The notes under the pieces are model-generated. The model was not told the DNA's origin. It saw only the letters and a list, made by a program, of their open reading frames with translations, and ran no database searches. This document shows positions 34,329-38,195 of a stretch of DNA of 38,195 nt, piece by piece. This stretch comes from a virus: UHGV virus genome UHGV-0058093, one strand, 5' to 3'. The translations under genes and the position numbers were made by a program. How positions within the stretch are numbered: the first letter of the stretch is position 1; every line of letters starts with the position of its first letter.

Positions 34329-35088
34329 TGGGCAACTCCTGATATTCTTTATAGTTTACGACTCCTGTTTGTTGATTGTACTTGTTATATCCTATAATAG
34401 TTGCAAGTATTCTATTCTTTTCAAAGTCTGTTTCTTCCAATCCATTATCAAGGTATAATTGCTTTACTGATTGGTAGGTTAATATCTTTTCCTCACATAC
34501 TTTATCAAACTTCTTTTCTCCAAAGTTAGGAATACCTTTATATCCATCACAAGTATCACCTGTTAGTATCTGTTTAAATAAGAATAGTTGTGCTTCTTCT
34601 GGAGATATAACTTCATAATCGTTATTGTTATTCAAATCTCTAAACACATTACAAGGGAATGAATAAAAGTCTTTATCGACTGTTACAAGTATTTTCTTTT
34701 GTCCTTGATGGAAGAGCGGGTCTTCAAACATTATCCGGCAAGTGTCATCACCTTCGAGGTTAGGTAGTGATATCAAATCAAAGTTCTTTTCTACTAACTC
34801 TTTTAACTTATACCATATATCAGGTTTAGCAGGTCTATTAGATTTATAATCTGGATATAATTGCTTCCTGAAATTATCTTTATCTGATACTACTAGATAA
34901 AAGTTATTAGTTAGTAGCGTACTACATAATCTATCTATCTCACCATCAAGAAAGTCTAAACTCTTATCTAAGTCAAATACTTCTGTATAGATATTTTTTT
35001 CAATAGGAAATAAAACCTTACTTGCTGTCATAGCTTTATAGATATAACTATCAAAGTCTATTATTAATACTGGTGAATTATAATTCAT
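34321..35088 (-). CDS. 5'-3' exonuclease (T7 gp6 / FEN-like)
   Basis: LIIDFD; NFRKQLYPDYKSNR; LEGDD; VDKD; GDTCDGYKGIPNFG. Confidence 0.92.
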   Translation of the reverse strand: MNYNSPVLIIDFDSYIYKAMTASKVLFPIEKNIYTEVFDLDKSLDFLDGEIDRLCSTLLTNNFYLVVSDKDNFRKQLYPDYKSNRPAKPDIWYKLKELVEKNFDLISLPNLEGDDTCRIMFEDPLFHQGQKKILVTVDKDFYSFPCNVFRDLNNNNDYEVISPEEAQLFLFKQILTGDTCDGYKGIPNFGEKKFDKVCEEKILTYQSVKQLYLDNGLEETDFEKNRILATIIGYNKYNQQTGVVNYKEYQELPNG

Positions 35089-35089
35089 T

Positions 35090-35683
35090 TTATCCTACCT
35101 TCCTTAGAATTACATTAGGAGTTTTCTTTGGTTTAAAATTTCTATTCTTAATACTTCTCTTAACAGAATTAATAAACTGTTTTCTAATATAATCAAATTC
35201 TCTTGTAGTAAATTCTGTGCGTTGTTCTATTTCTTTTGGAGTATATCCTTCAACAAAATTCATCTTTAATAATTCTTTTTCATCTTCACTAGATATATAT
35301 TCACTATCAATCAATTCTAATACTAGCTTCTTAATATAATCAACATCTTTTAATTGAGTAGTATCTTCAAGACTTAATTCAATCTCATCTACATTAAGGG
35401 AAGAATTAATAAGTAATTGTTCTTTGTTTAATTTTCTTTTTAATTCTCTTTTTAATCTAGGGAATAGATATGTAGTTAACTTACAAGGTTTACCTGATGT
35501 TATCCATCTTTGAATTTCAATTAATAACAACTCATATAATATACTTTGTTTATCTTCAAAGGATAATCCAGAAAAGTTTCTTACACTTTTTAATACCTTA
35601 TATATAAATCCTTTTTCATTCTTCAATATCTTTAATGCTTCTGTGTTACGTTCTTTGATTATGTTATTCATTAAGACCTCCAC
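35090..35683 (-). CDS. Sigma-70-like (ECF-size) transcription factor
   Basis: Region-2-like FEDKQS...KLTTYL and region-4-like EKELLKMNFVEGYTPKEIE HTH; preceded by TATAAT boxes. Confidence 0.6.
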   Translation of the reverse strand: MEVLMNNIIKERNTEALKILKNEKGFIYKVLKSVRNFSGLSFEDKQSILYELLLIEIQRWITSGKPCKLTTYLFPRLKRELKRKLNKEQLLINSSLNVDEIELSLEDTTQLKDVDYIKKLVLELIDSEYISSEDEKELLKMNFVEGYTPKEIEQRTEFTTREFDYIRKQFINSVKRSIKNRNFKPKKTPNVILRKVG

Positions 35684-35736
35684 ATTTATATTATACCTTA
35701 AATAAAGTATATTATAACAACTTTTACTTTATATCT

Positions 35737-35937
35737 TTACATATTGTTACAAACTAATTCTTGTGCGTTGCTTATCCTTAATAGCTTAACCAATTCCCAA
35801 TATTGTTTATCTTCAAACAAACCTATGTCAATCATTTCACCATTAAATCTAGTTATACTTTCCATAGTTGCTCCGCAATCCAACATATATTTAATCGCTT
35901 GCATATCTTTATTATAAATAACTAACAAACTTCTCAT
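35737..35937 (-). CDS. Hypothetical protein
   Basis: RBS GGAGGT. Confidence 0.6.
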   Translation of the reverse strand: MRSLLVIYNKDMQAIKYMLDCGATMESITRFNGEMIDIGLFEDKQYWELVKLLRISNAQELVCNNM

Positions 35938-35958
35938 TGTACCTCCATTAATAATTAT

Positions 35959-36471
35959 TTACCATCCATATATTTGTTTTACGTATCTTCTTAAACTTCT
36001 TGTGTATCTATTTAATGTTGCTTTACTTATAGGTTCATTGTTATAAATCTTATCAAATAGTTTTTCAATATCAACATCAGGTCTAACTTCTCTAAACATT
36101 ATATGATTAGTACCATCGTGATGGCTTGCTTTTTTATACACATTAAACCCATCGTAATATAGATGGTTGAAGTCTTTATTACCACAATATAATATTTCTT
36201 TTAGGTTATTTTTATATAGTATCGCATATCCTGAACATCTACCATTCCATAAACCCATACTAGCAATAGCTATAATTTCACCTTCTGTATCGACATTAAG
36301 GTCACGTAACCCTTCATCATAACTATATTCTATATCATTATATATATACTCCCATACATCTTTATCAGGTATATTTCCATCTTCATAGTCATACATTTCT
36401 ATCATACATTTTTTTATCCCATCAAAATCATATTCAGCAGGGTCATCATTTATTATAGTCTTAATTGTCAT
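35959..36471 (-). CDS. Hypothetical protein with GLWNG and HHDGTN motifs
   Basis: RBS AAGGAGGT; motif-rich ORF of unknown function. Confidence 0.7.
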   Translation of the reverse strand: MTIKTIINDDPAEYDFDGIKKCMIEMYDYEDGNIPDKDVWEYIYNDIEYSYDEGLRDLNVDTEGEIIAIASMGLWNGRCSGYAILYKNNLKEILYCGNKDFNHLYYDGFNVYKKASHHDGTNHIMFREVRPDVDIEKLFDKIYNNEPISKATLNRYTRSLRRYVKQIYGW

Positions 36472-36534
36472 ATTATACCTCCTTTATGTTTCCATTTATA
36501 TTGATTTATATTTTGGTTATATCCTTGTAATCCT

Positions 36535-36705
36535 TTAGTCTTGCGTATATCCTAAGGCTTCGATTATCGTTTCCATTGGTACATAACCGTCAAGAAACAA
36601 TTGAAATAAATCCTCTATCAATATGTCTTTGTTGTCTAGTCTATATTTTATTTCACTATCATAATTATTGCAATCAAGTTTTAAAAAGTTATCTTCTAAT
36701 GCCAT
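36535..36705 (-). CDS. Small acidic hypothetical protein (56 aa, MALEDNFLKLD...)
   Basis: Translated by hand; RBS GGAGGT. Confidence 0.5.
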   Translation of the reverse strand: MALEDNFLKLDCNNYDSEIKYRLDNKDILIEDLFQLFLDGYVPMETIIEALGYTQD

Positions 36706-36707
36706 TG

Positions 36708-36980
36708 TTACACCTCCAAATTTATTTTCTTATCTAATTGATACCAGAATGTCCTTATTGTTCTTAATGTTCCATCTGATGATGTTGATATATTACGAAT
36801 ATAATTATCCTCATATTGTACACTTTCCTCACTACCCAAACTTCTAAACCATTTGATAGTTTCTTTGCATACGACATTATGCAAATGTGTCTGATTGACC
36901 AACTCTACATTGTGTTCTACTGTTACCCATTCATTGCCTTGCTTTTCTTGATGTTTAGTTTCTAATAAATAATCGCTCAT
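36708..36980 (-). CDS. Hypothetical protein
   Basis: RBS GAGGT. Confidence 0.6.
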   Translation of the reverse strand: MSDYLLETKHQEKQGNEWVTVEHNVELVNQTHLHNVVCKETIKWFRSLGSEESVQYEDNYIRNISTSSDGTLRTIRTFWYQLDKKINLEV

Positions 36981-37049
36981 ATCTATTTTACCTCTATATT
37001 ATCTATATACCCATTTATTATACTTGTCTAACATACTCGTAACATATCT

Positions 37050-37361
37050 TTACATAAAACTAGCTTGTATTAATTCTTTAGTAACAAGAATACTCTCTTG
37101 ATTAAGTCTTGTTTTTAATTTATCGCAATTTATTTTTATTATATTGTCATTAAACTCTTTTATATTATCAGTTATTAAAGTAATAACAAAACATTGCTCA
37201 ATAGTTTTATAACCATTAGCATTAGTAAAATATCTTTTACCCTTTTGCAAAGTAAAATCTTTAAACGAGGTTTGAAATACAAATATAAAATCATTATCAG
37301 ATAATTCTTGCTTTAAAGTATCCTTATCGTTACAACCGATATAATAAGTTATTCTATACAT
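37050..37361 (-). CDS. DUF3574 / phage SAM-lyase-like protein
   Basis: YIGCNDKDT.KQ...FT...E.CFVI...LK..LNQESILV pattern; among the first early genes. Confidence 0.5.
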   Translation of the reverse strand: MYRITYYIGCNDKDTLKQELSDNDFIFVFQTSFKDFTLQKGKRYFTNANGYKTIEQCFVITLITDNIKEFNDNIIKINCDKLKTRLNQESILVTKELIQASFM

Positions 37362-37934
37362 AGTTTAATTCTCCATTAATTAAATACTTTTATTGCGTAC
37401 ACTTTATTCCTCAGACCGTCAATATATTTTTTATAATAAGGTAATTTGAAATCATCTTTAAGTAATACTCTAATTATATTATTAGTATTCTTGTCAATAA
37501 TTGCATAATATATTCTATTCATTATTCATCCTCCCCATAATTATATAATTTTAATATTTTTAAATATAATTCTTGTAATTGTTCTTTATATGTTTTCAAA
37601 TATTTTATTTCATAACTATTGTTTATAAAATTAATTTTCTCTCGAATTAAAGTTTGAAAAATATTTAATTCTGAGTTCGTAAATTTTTTCATATTATTTT
37701 ACCTCCTTTATATTATTATTATTCCACAAACATATTACTTTATAACATATTGTTATTCAATTCTTTACAATTCTTAATAAACTATTAAAACCATTAGACT
37801 ATTAAGGGAAGAGAAAAGAGAAGACCATTAGGGAATATTCCTTTTTTCTTTTTATATATTTTTCTTTTTTCCTTAAAGGGTAAAGGGATAAGATAAGAGT
37901 TCGGATAAAGGGTTAAGGAATTAAGGAATTAATA

Positions 37935-37996
37935 AACTACTTTATCAATAGTATATAAAGTAGTTGTATTATAAACTCTACTATTAAAGTTTATAA
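37935..37996. repeat. Two adjacent inverted repeats in the right-end non-coding region
   Basis: AACTACTTTAT/ATAAAGTAGTT (37935-37965) and TTATAAACT/AGTTTATAA (37969-37996). Confidence 0.75.
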
Positions 37997-38195
37997 TACT
38001 TCTTTTGTTATAAAGATATATTGATACAATATAAAATCAATATTTACTTTTCTTATTTAAGTTTAGTTTAATATATCTTATCCTGCTTTACGTATAGTTT
38101 AATGGATTTTATTTTTCGTTATCCTCAGCTTATCTTCACTCACTCTCTACTTTTATTCTCTACTTTTAAACGTAAATTTTTAAACCTTTTTTTTA

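Noticed and set aside
1..38195. CRISPR array, DGR, integrase/att site, tRNA genes
   Set aside because: No regularly spaced repeats, reverse transcriptase, template/variable repeat pair, recombinase or cloverleaf was seen.

Overview
The window looks like an essentially complete, AT-rich, ~38 kb podovirus-type tailed phage genome with two convergent arms. The + arm (400-22016) carries packaging, head, tail, ejection, fibre and lysis genes. The - arm (22196-37690) carries early and replication genes: a sigma-like factor, 5'-3' exonuclease, GNAT, initiator-like proteins, SSB-like protein, M48 peptidase, DnaB, metallophosphoesterase, RusA and DUF5664. The arms meet at a bidirectional terminator near 22175. 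I saw no integrase, repressor, DNA polymerase, primase, tRNA or CRISPR array. Selfish elements are dense: a group I intron with an HNH ORF splits the major capsid gene, two LAGLIDADG inteins sit in the phosphoesterase, and HNH/AP2 genes flank terL. The most unusual signal is in the large terminase. Its true N-terminus (ATG 2171, ...LLPAQKEFW...VALYQ) is separated from the Walker A (GGFGSGKT) by a 7-nt stop-containing insert, TGACCGA (2258-2264). This implies programmed bypassing, frameshifting or mini-intron removal, unless it is an assembly error. A ~160-nt structured RNA candidate and a nuclease-deleted AP2 gene lie just upstream. All calls come from reading motifs by eye; no searches were run.
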